From NCBI GenBank assembly GCA_965279515.1, contig CBDIID010000003.1, positions 2,144,001 to 2,208,000 of the forward strand: a stretch of 64,000 nt of DNA, written 5' to 3'. The translations under genes were made by a program, and so were the position numbers. A model generated the notes under the pieces. That model did not search any database. It was not told the origin of the DNA and was given only the letters and a program-made list of their open reading frames with translations. Position 1 is the stretch's first letter, and each line of letters opens with the position of its first letter. Positions 1-8,370 of this stretch are shown in pieces. The DNA is from Turneriella sp. (GTDB lineage Bacteria; Spirochaetota; Leptospiria; Turneriellales; Turneriellaceae).

Positions 1-294
1 TTGGTCGCAAAAACCGGCCCCGAAGCGCTCAAACTTTTCGCCGCGCGCAAAAAAGATATCAGCCTCGTGCTGACCGATATGGTGATGCCGGGTGGTATGA
101 CGGGAACCGAACTCGGTGCGTTACTGCACAAAGAAAAACCATCCCTGCATCTGATTTATTCCAGTGGATACAGCGATGCCCATGTTTCGGGAAGCCTGAA
201 TCTGACAGCCGGAGTCAATTTTCTCGCAAAACCGTATTCGACTGTGGGGCTCTCGGAAATTATCCGCAGGACATTAGATACAAAAACACAATGA
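1..294 (+). CDS. C-terminal receiver domain of a hybrid sensor kinase/response regulator (5' truncated by window edge)
   Basis: LVLTDMVMPGGMTG, YSSGYS and FLAKPYS receiver motifs; stop overlaps next start (ATGA). Confidence 0.85.
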   Translation: MVAKTGPEALKLFAARKKDISLVLTDMVMPGGMTGTELGALLHKEKPSLHLIYSSGYSDAHVSGSLNLTAGVNFLAKPYSTVGLSEIIRRTLDTKTQ

Positions 295-1478
295 ACGTAA
301 CCGCCAAACGCGTCGTCATCATTGATGATGAACCCGCGATGTTAAAACTTCTGCACCACGTTTGCGAGGTTGCAGGGTACAGTATCGAGATGACGAGTTC
401 ACCTGAAGACTTTCGCCGTCTGGTACTGAGCCGACCCGATTTTATCCTCATGGACCTGCTCATGCCGGGTGTCGACGGAGTCGAACTGTTTCGTTATCTC
501 GCGGAGAACCAGATACGCGCCGGCATTGTGCTCATCAGCGGCACCGACGCGCGTGTTGTGCAAAGCGCCGCACGCCTGGCAGCGGCGCAGGGCCTGAATA
601 TACAGGGCACGCTGGGGAAGCCATTTGAAATAGCAGAACTGCAAAAGATTCTCGCGCGTGGCTCCGAGAACCTCCCTGAGAGAGAGCATGCGGAGGGTGA
701 CGCGGTGCATCCCTCTGACCTTGCTGCCGCAATTAAAGAAGGCACGCTGACCGCCTACTTTCAACCGCAGGTAGACCTCATGAGCAACCGCGTGATTGGT
801 TGCGAAGCCCTGGTGCGCTGGAATCACTCCGAATGGGGTTTGGTTTTTCCCGATCGCTTCATTCCCGTCGCCGAGCAAGCCGGCCTTATGCCGGCACTCA
901 CCGACTGCGTGGCAGGGCAGGCGCTGAGGGAATCCGCTGCACTTGCAAAGCTGGGCATAAAGATTCAGTGTTCGATCAACGTTTCGGCCATCTCCCTCGC
1001 CGAAATTCAATTTCCGGATCGCCTGATTAAACTGGCGGAGCAAGAGCGGGTCGCCCCCGAAGCTATTGTTGTCGAGGTCACCGAAAGCCAGCTGTTCGAA
1101 GACTCCGTAAACACGATCGACGTACTGACGCGGTTGCGCATGAAAGGGTTCGAGCTGTCGATCGACGATTTTGGCACAGGCTATTCGACCCTGCGGCAGC
1201 TGCAGCTCATTCCATTCAACGAACTTAAGATCGACAAACAATTCGTCATGAACTGCGAGACCAACCGCGAATCGGAAAGTATCGTGCGCACATCGATTGA
1301 GCTGGGCCAGCGCCTGGGTCTGCGCACAGTCGCCGAAGGCGTTGAGTCGCTGCGTATTGCCGAGCTGCTGAGGGGCTGGGGATGTACCGTCGGCCAGGGT
1401 TATGCCTACTCAAAAGCCCTGCCCTCGCCTGCTTTTCTCACGTGGCTACAGAATCGCGAAAACAGAGGATTACGCTAA
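291..1478 (+). CDS. REC-EAL response regulator (c-di-GMP phosphodiesterase)
   Basis: N-terminal REC (IIDDE, MDLLMP, KPF); EAL motifs EALVRW, DDFGTGYS, LKIDK, AEGVE, QGY intact. Confidence 0.93.
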   Translation: MNVTAKRVVIIDDEPAMLKLLHHVCEVAGYSIEMTSSPEDFRRLVLSRPDFILMDLLMPGVDGVELFRYLAENQIRAGIVLISGTDARVVQSAARLAAAQGLNIQGTLGKPFEIAELQKILARGSENLPEREHAEGDAVHPSDLAAAIKEGTLTAYFQPQVDLMSNRVIGCEALVRWNHSEWGLVFPDRFIPVAEQAGLMPALTDCVAGQALRESAALAKLGIKIQCSINVSAISLAEIQFPDRLIKLAEQERVAPEAIVVEVTESQLFEDSVNTIDVLTRLRMKGFELSIDDFGTGYSTLRQLQLIPFNELKIDKQFVMNCETNRESESIVRTSIELGQRLGLRTVAEGVESLRIAELLRGWGCTVGQGYAYSKALPSPAFLTWLQNRENRGLR

Positions 1479-1586
1479 GCCTAATCGATGCAAATATTAA
1501 CACCCTATACAAACATTTGAACCATTTTTAAATTTTGCTTTACGAAAGGCTCTTCGGACAGGCAACCGGTTTTACCTGTGCAATCT

Positions 1587-3227
1587 ATGCTGATCATGAG
1601 GCCGCCCCGCCACGGGAAACTATTCTGCTTATTAGCCCTTGCCTGCCAGTGTTCAGGCTTCGGCAGCATTTCAATCGGCGGCAAAGGACCCGGTGGGGCA
1701 AACCCTAATGGGACAAGCGGTGACAATTCAACAGACCTGGCCGCCACGCTACCGCAGTTTAGTTATTTCTCTTTCACGACGACCTCAACGCAGGGCACGA
1801 TTTCAGGCAATAACATCTCAGTCAAGGTGCCCGCGGCAACAAACCTGACGAATCTGGTCGCAAACTTCAGAACGATGGACGCCACGGTGCGCGTCGGTGC
1901 GGCGAATCAGACGACGCGTGTCACGGTAAATAATTTCAGCAGCCCTTTGGTGTATACGCTACAGGCAACAAACGGTACGACCCGTGATTACATAGTCACC
2001 GTCACGCCCACCAGTAGCGATGTTTTTGCGCCGACGATTTCGTCGGTCACAGCGACGCCTGCGTCGGTGAGCACGTTTCCTGCGACAGTGACGATTCGAA
2101 TCAATTACGATGAAATCGGTTCAGGCTATTGGCTGAGCTCCATATACTTATGCAACACCACGACGGGTAAGCGTCTCGATTCTTCTTCCGTGACGAATAT
2201 GGGCACGTATGTGCAGGCAACCGTGACGCTGCAGAGTTACCACGCTTCAGGAACCTGGCGCGTATGCAGTATTTCCCTGTACGATCTCGCCGGCAACGTC
2301 GGTCACTACGATATTTATAGCAGTACGAGTTCAGTAAACTACGCGGTTGGAGATCCCAGCATGGACTCGAGCGTACCGGTTGGCGGCATCGTTTCCGTAA
2401 CTGGCACAACGCCCGATGATACCGCACCGGCAATCACCTCTGTTACCGCGACACCTTCATCTGTGAACATATTTCCTGCCACAGTGACCATACGTATGTA
2501 TTACACCGAAACTGGCTCGGGATATGCAGGGGGATTGTTCAGCCTATGTAGTCCAACGCGGATTCTCGGCACAAGCAGCGGATCGACGATGAGCTCTTCC
2601 AATCAGACGAATGCGGGTACCTATTTTCAAGGAACCGTGACGTTACAGAATTACCATGAAGCAGGCACATGGAAGGTTTGCGATATTTATATCCGCGATA
2701 CCGCAGGCAACAGTAATAGCTATTACCTGCGACCGACGTTTAGTTCGGTCAACTACGCCCTGGGCTTTACGGACACTGACTCCGGCGTACCAATCGGTGG
2801 TGCCGTGAGTGTCTCTGGCACAACACAGGACGTCACCGGGCCCGTCGTGACATCGGTGACGGCAACGCCTTCTGCGCCGGGCACCTACCCCGCCACGGTC
2901 ACGTTGCGCGTCTATTACACGGAGACCGGTTCGGGATATGCGTCTGGCTCGATGACGTTCTGCAGCCCAACGAAACTTGCGAACGGCAGCGGCGGCGCCG
3001 TTTTATATGCATCAGGCATCAGCAATGCGGGCGCCTATATGCAGGGCACGGTTATACTGCAGAGCTATCACGAGGCCGGGACCTGGAAAGTTTGCTATCT
3101 CAGTATCAGCGACGCCGCGGGTAACTTGACATCGCTTTCGACGTACGCCCCGATTAGCACGGCGTATTATCTGAATTCGTCAATCACCACAGACATTCCG
3201 ATCGGCGGCGCCGTGGTGAAGAATTAG
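1587..3227 (+). CDS. Surface lipoprotein: one Ig-like domain plus three tandem ~135-aa Ig-like repeats
   Basis: Signal ending LLALACQC; FSSPLVYTLQATNGTTRDYIVTV domain; three repeats DxxxPxxxSVTATP...YHxxGTWxVC...DxAGN. Start could be GTG 1578 or a later ATG. Confidence 0.8.
   Translation: MLIMRPPRHGKLFCLLALACQCSGFGSISIGGKGPGGANPNGTSGDNSTDLAATLPQFSYFSFTTTSTQGTISGNNISVKVPAATNLTNLVANFRTMDATVRVGAANQTTRVTVNNFSSPLVYTLQATNGTTRDYIVTVTPTSSDVFAPTISSVTATPASVSTFPATVTIRINYDEIGSGYWLSSIYLCNTTTGKRLDSSSVTNMGTYVQATVTLQSYHASGTWRVCSISLYDLAGNVGHYDIYSSTSSVNYAVGDPSMDSSVPVGGIVSVTGTTPDDTAPAITSVTATPSSVNIFPATVTIRMYYTETGSGYAGGLFSLCSPTRILGTSSGSTMSSSNQTNAGTYFQGTVTLQNYHEAGTWKVCDIYIRDTAGNSNSYYLRPTFSSVNYALGFTDTDSGVPIGGAVSVSGTTQDVTGPVVTSVTATPSAPGTYPATVTLRVYYTETGSGYASGSMTFCSPTKLANGSGGAVLYASGISNAGAYMQGTVILQSYHEAGTWKVCYLSISDAAGNLTSLSTYAPISTAYYLNSSITTDIPIGGAVVKN
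2019..3224 (+). repeat. Three intragenic tandem repeats (~400 bp each; starts ~2019, ~2415, ~2829)
   Basis: Aligned protein repeats with conserved ATVTxRxxYxExGSGY and TVxLQxYHxxGTWxVC. Confidence 0.85.
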
Positions 3228-3236
3228 CAGGGATAT

Positions 3237-3701
3237 ATGGTTAAACAGGTATTGATCATTATCCCACTCTTGATCGTATCTGCCTGCGCACAGGAGGATG
3301 AGGCCATCAAGGAACGAAACCAGGTTTGCACTCTTATCGGCTGTTCATCGATCATTCGCATCAATTTCACGACCCCAAGAACTCAGGACTTCCGTGTCAC
3401 CCTTGAAAAACAAGGCGCTGCTGCCCTGGGCGGAGAATGCACATACAACGTGGCCCGGGCCCGCTTCGAACTGGCCGACAGCCCGACCTCACGCGCTGCG
3501 GCATGCACCGCTTCGCAGATTGTCGTGTTTGCAAACGGTTTCGACAGAGAAAGTGCCGTCACCTTGGAGGTCTTCGATGCGCTGAACGTCTCTCTCGAGC
3601 GCAAGCAATATGCCCTGGTTTGGGGAGAGCCCTCTTATCCCAACGGAAAAAACTGCGGCGGCGCCTGTTACGCGGCAGACATCACGACGGCGGCGCCGTG
3701 A
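3237..3701 (+). CDS. Cys-containing lipoprotein, unknown function
   Basis: Lipobox-like IVSAC; CTLIGC and YPNGKNCGGAC motifs; 9 bp after upstream stop. Confidence 0.75.
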   Translation: MVKQVLIIIPLLIVSACAQEDEAIKERNQVCTLIGCSSIIRINFTTPRTQDFRVTLEKQGAAALGGECTYNVARARFELADSPTSRAAACTASQIVVFANGFDRESAVTLEVFDALNVSLERKQYALVWGEPSYPNGKNCGGACYAADITTAAP

Positions 3702-3807
3702 GGGACGGCTATTTGGGAGCGGCGCGAATGCGGGGCTTGTCAAAATCCCCAGGTTAGATGGACATATTCAGATAATGGACGTTATGTAAAATTGCAAAGG
3801 AGTTAAT

Positions 3808-4454
3808 GTGCTTAAGCTATTTGAACGAAAATTAATTTTTCTAATCCTACTGAGTCCGTTGTTCGCGGATGAGATGGTTATTACCAAAGACGGTAAAGAG
3901 GTCATACTCAAGCCTGATAAGACATGGGAATTTAAGAAAACCCTTAAGCCCACTGAACCCGCAACAAAGACTCAAAACGCGCCCTTGAAAGAGTACTTTA
4001 AGAGTCCCGAGGCCGTCAGCGAACTAAAAGCTTCAAAGATGAATTTTAGCATATGGTATAATCCGGCGCGTGTAAAGCAAACAGAATTTAAGTCTAATCC
4101 CAACATAAAATACGCTTTTGCGCTAAAAGAGAATTTTGGTTTCGCGATGGTCATTCCTGAGCCCCTGACCATGACACCAGAAATGATGACACAAATCGCG
4201 CTGGAGTCAGCGCAAAAAGTTGACCCAGACGCAAAATTAGAAAATCTGGAATATCGAATTATTAACAAGAAAAAGATACTACATCTAACATATAACGCTA
4301 AGGTCCATAAAAATGACTTTGTCTACCATTCATATATATATATACGGGAGAAAATCTCACAATTCAATTCATCGTCTATACAACGAAAGCCAAATTTCCG
4401 GAAGCCGAATCTGAGCTTTTTGAATTGTTAAACGGCTTAGAAATATCTCCCTGA
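3808..4454 (+). pseudogene. Secreted hypothetical protein (DUF3157-like N-terminus), frameshifted at an (AT)n tract
   Basis: AAGGAG RBS, signal peptide, VITKDGKEVILKPDKTWEF. Current frame ends at 4431; removing one AT from 4332-4344 gives ...SYIYTGENLTIQFIVYTTKAKFPEAESELFELLNGLEISP* ending at 4454. Confidence 0.65.
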
Positions 4455-4479
4455 GTTATAACTTGACACAACAAAAATT

Positions 4480-4615
4480 ACCTACTGCAGCGCCGTAGTT
4501 CCTCTAAGGACGAAGACTCGCCGCGCGTGCTCGGCCCTACGCGGCAAAGATAGCGGACGATACGCACACCGGCAGATATCTTTTCGCGGGTCGCCGTGAG
4601 CCACTACGACCACAC
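4480..4615. repeat. Nested inverted-repeat element (attC-like / structured intergenic element)
   Basis: CGTAGT(4494)/ACTACG(4603), GACTCGC(4515)/GCGGGTC(4586), GCCGCG(4520)/CGCGGC(4540), AAAGATA(4546)/TATCTTT(4577). Confidence 0.55.
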
Positions 4616-4623
4616 TTAAAAAA

Positions 4624-5259
4624 CTAGTGAAGCATCCGGAACTTGTTGCGATCGACGGCGAGTTTGCCCTCGCGGACCAGCGACTTGAGTGAGCGGCTGA
4701 TGGTCTCCGGGCTTGTATTCAGCGTTGCGGCAAGTTGTTTCTTCTTAAAAGGCAATTGCACCCAGTTTTCTTCGGCGCCGATTTTTTTCAGGAAATCCAA
4801 CAGTCGGTCTGGTACGCTCTTGAGCGACAGCGATGCGGTCTGATCAATCAATTCCTTCAGGGTCGCGCAGTAGTGCTGATTTAAGAGATATAAAAGTTCT
4901 GGCTGGTGGTGCATCAGCCTGTGGAGCCGGTCCTGGTCCCAGCAACTGACCCGGCCATCGGTGAGGGCAATCAAGTTGGCAACGTAGTGTTTCTTCGGTT
5001 CTTTGTCAAAGAGCGGCGGCAAGCCCGCGACTTCACCAGGGATATAAATTTTCAGGACACCCTCGTCGCCCAGGGCGTCTTTTCGGTACCATTTAAAGCT
5101 ACCCTGCAACACCAGAAAAATGCCGCGATAGGGATCGCCTTCGCGGAAAACACTATCGCCCCGTTTGTATTTTTCACCAACACCGTAGCGGGTAAAGAGG
5201 TCGGTCAGTAATTTTTGCTCTTTGCCGGGCTCGATAGTGATTTGCATAGGCGAATGCAT
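4624..5259 (-). CDS. Crp/Fnr family transcriptional regulator
   Basis: cNMP-binding fold (VFREGD..GIFLVLQG, PGEVAG) and C-terminal HTH (LAATLNTSPETISRSL); start 5259 or 5247. Confidence 0.9.
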   Translation of the reverse strand: MHSPMQITIEPGKEQKLLTDLFTRYGVGEKYKRGDSVFREGDPYRGIFLVLQGSFKWYRKDALGDEGVLKIYIPGEVAGLPPLFDKEPKKHYVANLIALTDGRVSCWDQDRLHRLMHHQPELLYLLNQHYCATLKELIDQTASLSLKSVPDRLLDFLKKIGAEENWVQLPFKKKQLAATLNTSPETISRSLKSLVREGKLAVDRNKFRMLH

Positions 5260-5317
5260 GCCTGACAGCTTATGGTGATTGTTGCGGCCTGCAAAGCAGA
5301 TTCCGGTAAGAGTGAGA

Positions 5318-5339
5318 GGCAGGCACATAATTGCCTGCC
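5318..5339 (-). terminator. Possible hairpin terminator after small lipoprotein gene
   Basis: GGCAGGCA-CATAAT-TGCCTGCC perfect 8-bp stem; weak U-tract. Confidence 0.4.
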
Positions 5340-5361
5340 ATTCCTTTCGCCCAATGAATAT

Positions 5362-5676
5362 TTATTTCTTTTGGAAATACATAACGCAACTATAGTAGGT
5401 CCTTCCTGAGTGTTTGTATTGTTGTGTCGCACCTGTTCCTGTAGTACGTCCCGAGGATTTGTACTCCTGATTGCATTCAGCCGTTTGTGTTTCGGTCACT
5501 GGCCCAGCTAAAATGTCTTCCGCCTTTTGCGTCGCATTCAGCCTGGCTTCGAAATCTGTAGGTCCGACACCCTGAATTACGGCAGTTGTATCCGTTTGCT
5601 GTATCACCCTGGAAGTCGCGCACTGCGACAGCACCAAGACTGTAAGCGCCCCGCTCATTTTCAAAAATCTTTTCAT
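5362..5676 (-). CDS. Small lipoprotein, unknown function
   Basis: GGAGAA RBS before ATG 5676; MKRFLK...LVLSQC signal. Confidence 0.75.
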   Translation of the reverse strand: MKRFLKMSGALTVLVLSQCATSRVIQQTDTTAVIQGVGPTDFEARLNATQKAEDILAGPVTETQTAECNQEYKSSGRTTGTGATQQYKHSGRTYYSCVMYFQKK

Positions 5677-5834
5677 CGTATTTTCTCCTCTACTAAACTG
5701 ATAATCCGGCAGGAAATCCCTCTTGCGAATCCGGAAAATTTCTGCCTTCAATACCTTCAAACACGGGAATTCTTTGTTTTTATATGCATTTTTTTCCCTG
5801 GCTAACGCCGTCGTGAGAAAAAATCTGCAGAAGC

Positions 5835-6734
5835 TTAAGCCGTTTCGCGGAGGGCTTTGCGTGCCATTTTGATGCGGGTATAGACGTAAAACGCCAGGGT
5901 ATCGACGTCTTCACCGGAAATCATGCGGGGATCATCCGGATCGAAAAACAAACCCACACGACCGGTTTCTTCGTTTTTCCATACGATAACTGCCGCAGTA
6001 ATCTTCACACTTCCCCTGGGCAGGTATACCTGCAGACGAACCACTTCTCTGAGATCGAGAGGCGCCGTGGTTTCGCTATTGAGAATCACCGAAAGGCCGC
6101 CCAGGCCAATATCTGCAATCGAGCCGTGAATCGGCGGATGGCTCTCTGCGCGCCGCGTGAACTCCATGCGTACGCGCAGGTCGCTGTCAGGAAAAATACG
6201 GACATAATTCCTGCGCAAGCTGGCAATTTCAGGCACAAATACGGGAATCAGTTTTCGCAGAAAATCCAGGGAGAATTTTGCATCCGAAAGATTTTTCTGC
6301 ACAAGGAAAATGTTGCGCTCGGTGAAGATTTCTTTCAACGAGGCATCGATGTATCCGGTATGCAAGAGCACGCGATCCAGGGGCAATCCGGCGAGCGCAA
6401 GAGCCAGCAGGCGACACTCCTTAAGGATTTGCTCCATGCTGCGGGCGCCGGACAAATTGAGAAACTGATCGAGGTTTATTACTGCAAACGAGCGCCCTAT
6501 GGTTGCCGTTGAGAAAAAGAACGCAAGTTTTTCGGGGAGCTCTCCCTTGCGCGGATGTTCACTCGTCAGTACGGCATTGGTGACGAGCAGGTTCATGTGC
6601 AGACTTTCCCCAAGACTTGCAGGAATATAAAACCATGCAATGCGTACAGAGTTAGCCATTTGCTCTGCAAGGATGCGCGCGTTCATGGTATCGGCGTATC
6701 TGCGTTCGGATAATACGTCCATATCGGCCTGCAT
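5835..6734 (-). CDS. PilZ-domain protein
   Basis: C-terminal RRNYVR (RxxxR), DIGLGG, IVWK...VGLFF; start moved to 6734 (or later) to avoid overlap with the FG-GAP gene. Confidence 0.75.
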   Translation of the reverse strand: MQADMDVLSERRYADTMNARILAEQMANSVRIAWFYIPASLGESLHMNLLVTNAVLTSEHPRKGELPEKLAFFFSTATIGRSFAVINLDQFLNLSGARSMEQILKECRLLALALAGLPLDRVLLHTGYIDASLKEIFTERNIFLVQKNLSDAKFSLDFLRKLIPVFVPEIASLRRNYVRIFPDSDLRVRMEFTRRAESHPPIHGSIADIGLGGLSVILNSETTAPLDLREVVRLQVYLPRGSVKITAAVIVWKNEETGRVGLFFDPDDPRMISGEDVDTLAFYVYTRIKMARKALRETA

Positions 6735-6747
6735 CCTGGTAATCACT

Positions 6748-8370
6748 TTATCTTGCGGAAAATATGTACGCGGCGCCTGTGTTCGGAGCGGAATTATCCG
6801 CACTGGCTTCCCAGGAGTTGGTAATTTGAGTTTCAGCGGCAGCTTCGAGTGAAGCGCCAGCAATAATTGTCCGGTTGCTCACCGCAACGGAAACACCGAA
6901 AACATCTCCGCTGTCAGCATTCGATGCCTTTAAGTATGCTCGTTGTGCCCAAAACTGACCCGATCGTGAAAAAACGTAAGCGGCCCCCGAGCTTGCGAGA
7001 GTGTTGTCGGAACTCGCAAGACTGCCCGGACTTACGGTGCGTTGGCTGGAATCTTCAAGGCGTGCCCCAACAACAACGATATCTCCACTAATGGATACCG
7101 AAAAGCCAAAACTATCGCCGACATCCGCATTTGAGGCTTTGAGGCATGCCTGCTGTGACCATAAGCCCCCCGACCGGGTAAAAATATATGCTGCTCCCGC
7201 ATCGCTCATGGCATTATTCGTATTCGCAAATGTACCGTTTTGTACGGAACGTTCATCGCTGTCCTCCGACATCGCTCCGACGACGATCGTATCGCCGCTG
7301 ATGGAAACAGCCTGTCCGAATGCATCGGTAGGACCGGAATTCGATGCCTTGAGATATGCCTGTTGTGTCCAGGTACCCGCTGAACGCTGGAAAACATAAG
7401 CCGCCCCGGAATTTGAACTGCTATTATCCGTGCTGGCAGCCGCCGTGTTTAGAACGGTATTCTGAGCGCTGTCTTCGAGATCTGCGCCGACGACCAATGT
7501 GTCAGCATCGAGCGCCACGGCGCGGCCAAAACGATCGCCTGTATCCGCATTCGATGCCTTAATATATGCGCTCTGCTGCCAGGCAGAACCGGTGCGCTGG
7601 AATATGTATACCGCGCCCGAATCTGCGGCTCCGTTGTCGAAACTAATCGTCCCGTTGTTGACGATCGTATTCTGCGCGCTGTCCTCATACGCCGCGCCGA
7701 CCGCAATCGTGTTTTGACTGACTGCGACAGAAGCGCCGAAGCCATCTGCGGGTTCGGCATTGGATGCTTTGAGATAAGCTTCGAGCGACCAGGTATCACC
7801 ATTGCGCACAAATACATAAGCGGCACCGGAATCTGTCGCGGCATTATCGCCGGCAATCGTCGAACCATTCGTTACAAAATTCTGGCTGCTGTCTTCTGAA
7901 ACAGCACCGACAACGATGGTGTCTCCATCGATCGCTAGCGATGCGCCGAAACTGTCACTGGCATCCGGGTTTGCGGGTTTAAGATACGCCTGCTGCACCC
8001 AGCTTGTCCCTGACCTGGCAAATACATAGACAGCCCCCGCACCCGTTAATGAGTTATCGCTGCTGGCGGCCCCCCCATTCACAATGTTTGGACTTCCCGA
8101 CGCTTCGGTAACGGCCGCAATCGCAACTGTGTCACCGCTGATCGCAACGGGATTTCCGAACCGGTCGTCGGCCTCGCCATTTGATGCCTTGAGGTAGGCC
8201 TGCTGCACCCACTCAAGGTCGCGGGCTGCAGACATTCCGGCTTCTGTTTCCCAAAAGCGGCCAAAACCATGGCAGCGCACTAACACAATCAGCAGGCATA
8301 GGGATAAATTCGGATGCAACGGATAAAATCTATGTTTTTTCCGTTTGCGACGCATGCGCGCGAATCTCAC
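6748..8370 (-). CDS. FG-GAP/integrin-alpha-like beta-propeller lipoprotein
   Basis: Seven repeats WxQQAYLKASN...DxFGxxVAISGDTIVVGA...GAAYVF; signal ending LVRC. Confidence 0.9.
   Translation of the reverse strand: MRFARMRRKRKKHRFYPLHPNLSLCLLIVLVRCHGFGRFWETEAGMSAARDLEWVQQAYLKASNGEADDRFGNPVAISGDTVAIAAVTEASGSPNIVNGGAASSDNSLTGAGAVYVFARSGTSWVQQAYLKPANPDASDSFGASLAIDGDTIVVGAVSEDSSQNFVTNGSTIAGDNAATDSGAAYVFVRNGDTWSLEAYLKASNAEPADGFGASVAVSQNTIAVGAAYEDSAQNTIVNNGTISFDNGAADSGAVYIFQRTGSAWQQSAYIKASNADTGDRFGRAVALDADTLVVGADLEDSAQNTVLNTAAASTDNSSSNSGAAYVFQRSAGTWTQQAYLKASNSGPTDAFGQAVSISGDTIVVGAMSEDSDERSVQNGTFANTNNAMSDAGAAYIFTRSGGLWSQQACLKASNADVGDSFGFSVSISGDIVVVGARLEDSSQRTVSPGSLASSDNTLASSGAAYVFSRSGQFWAQRAYLKASNADSGDVFGVSVAVSNRTIIAGASLEAAAETQITNSWEASADNSAPNTGAAYIFSAR

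Noticed and set aside
399..1241. 280-aa antisense ORF
   Set aside because: Shadow of the REC-EAL gene; no motifs
6735..6863. N-terminal extension of the PilZ ORF
   Set aside because: Overlaps the last conserved FG-GAP repeat in another frame; later start more plausible
6748..8230. Periodic GCATT(C/T)GA(T/G)GCCTT-like repeats as a CRISPR array
   Set aside because: Degenerate, ~210-bp period, encode YLKASN of FG-GAP blades; no cas genes
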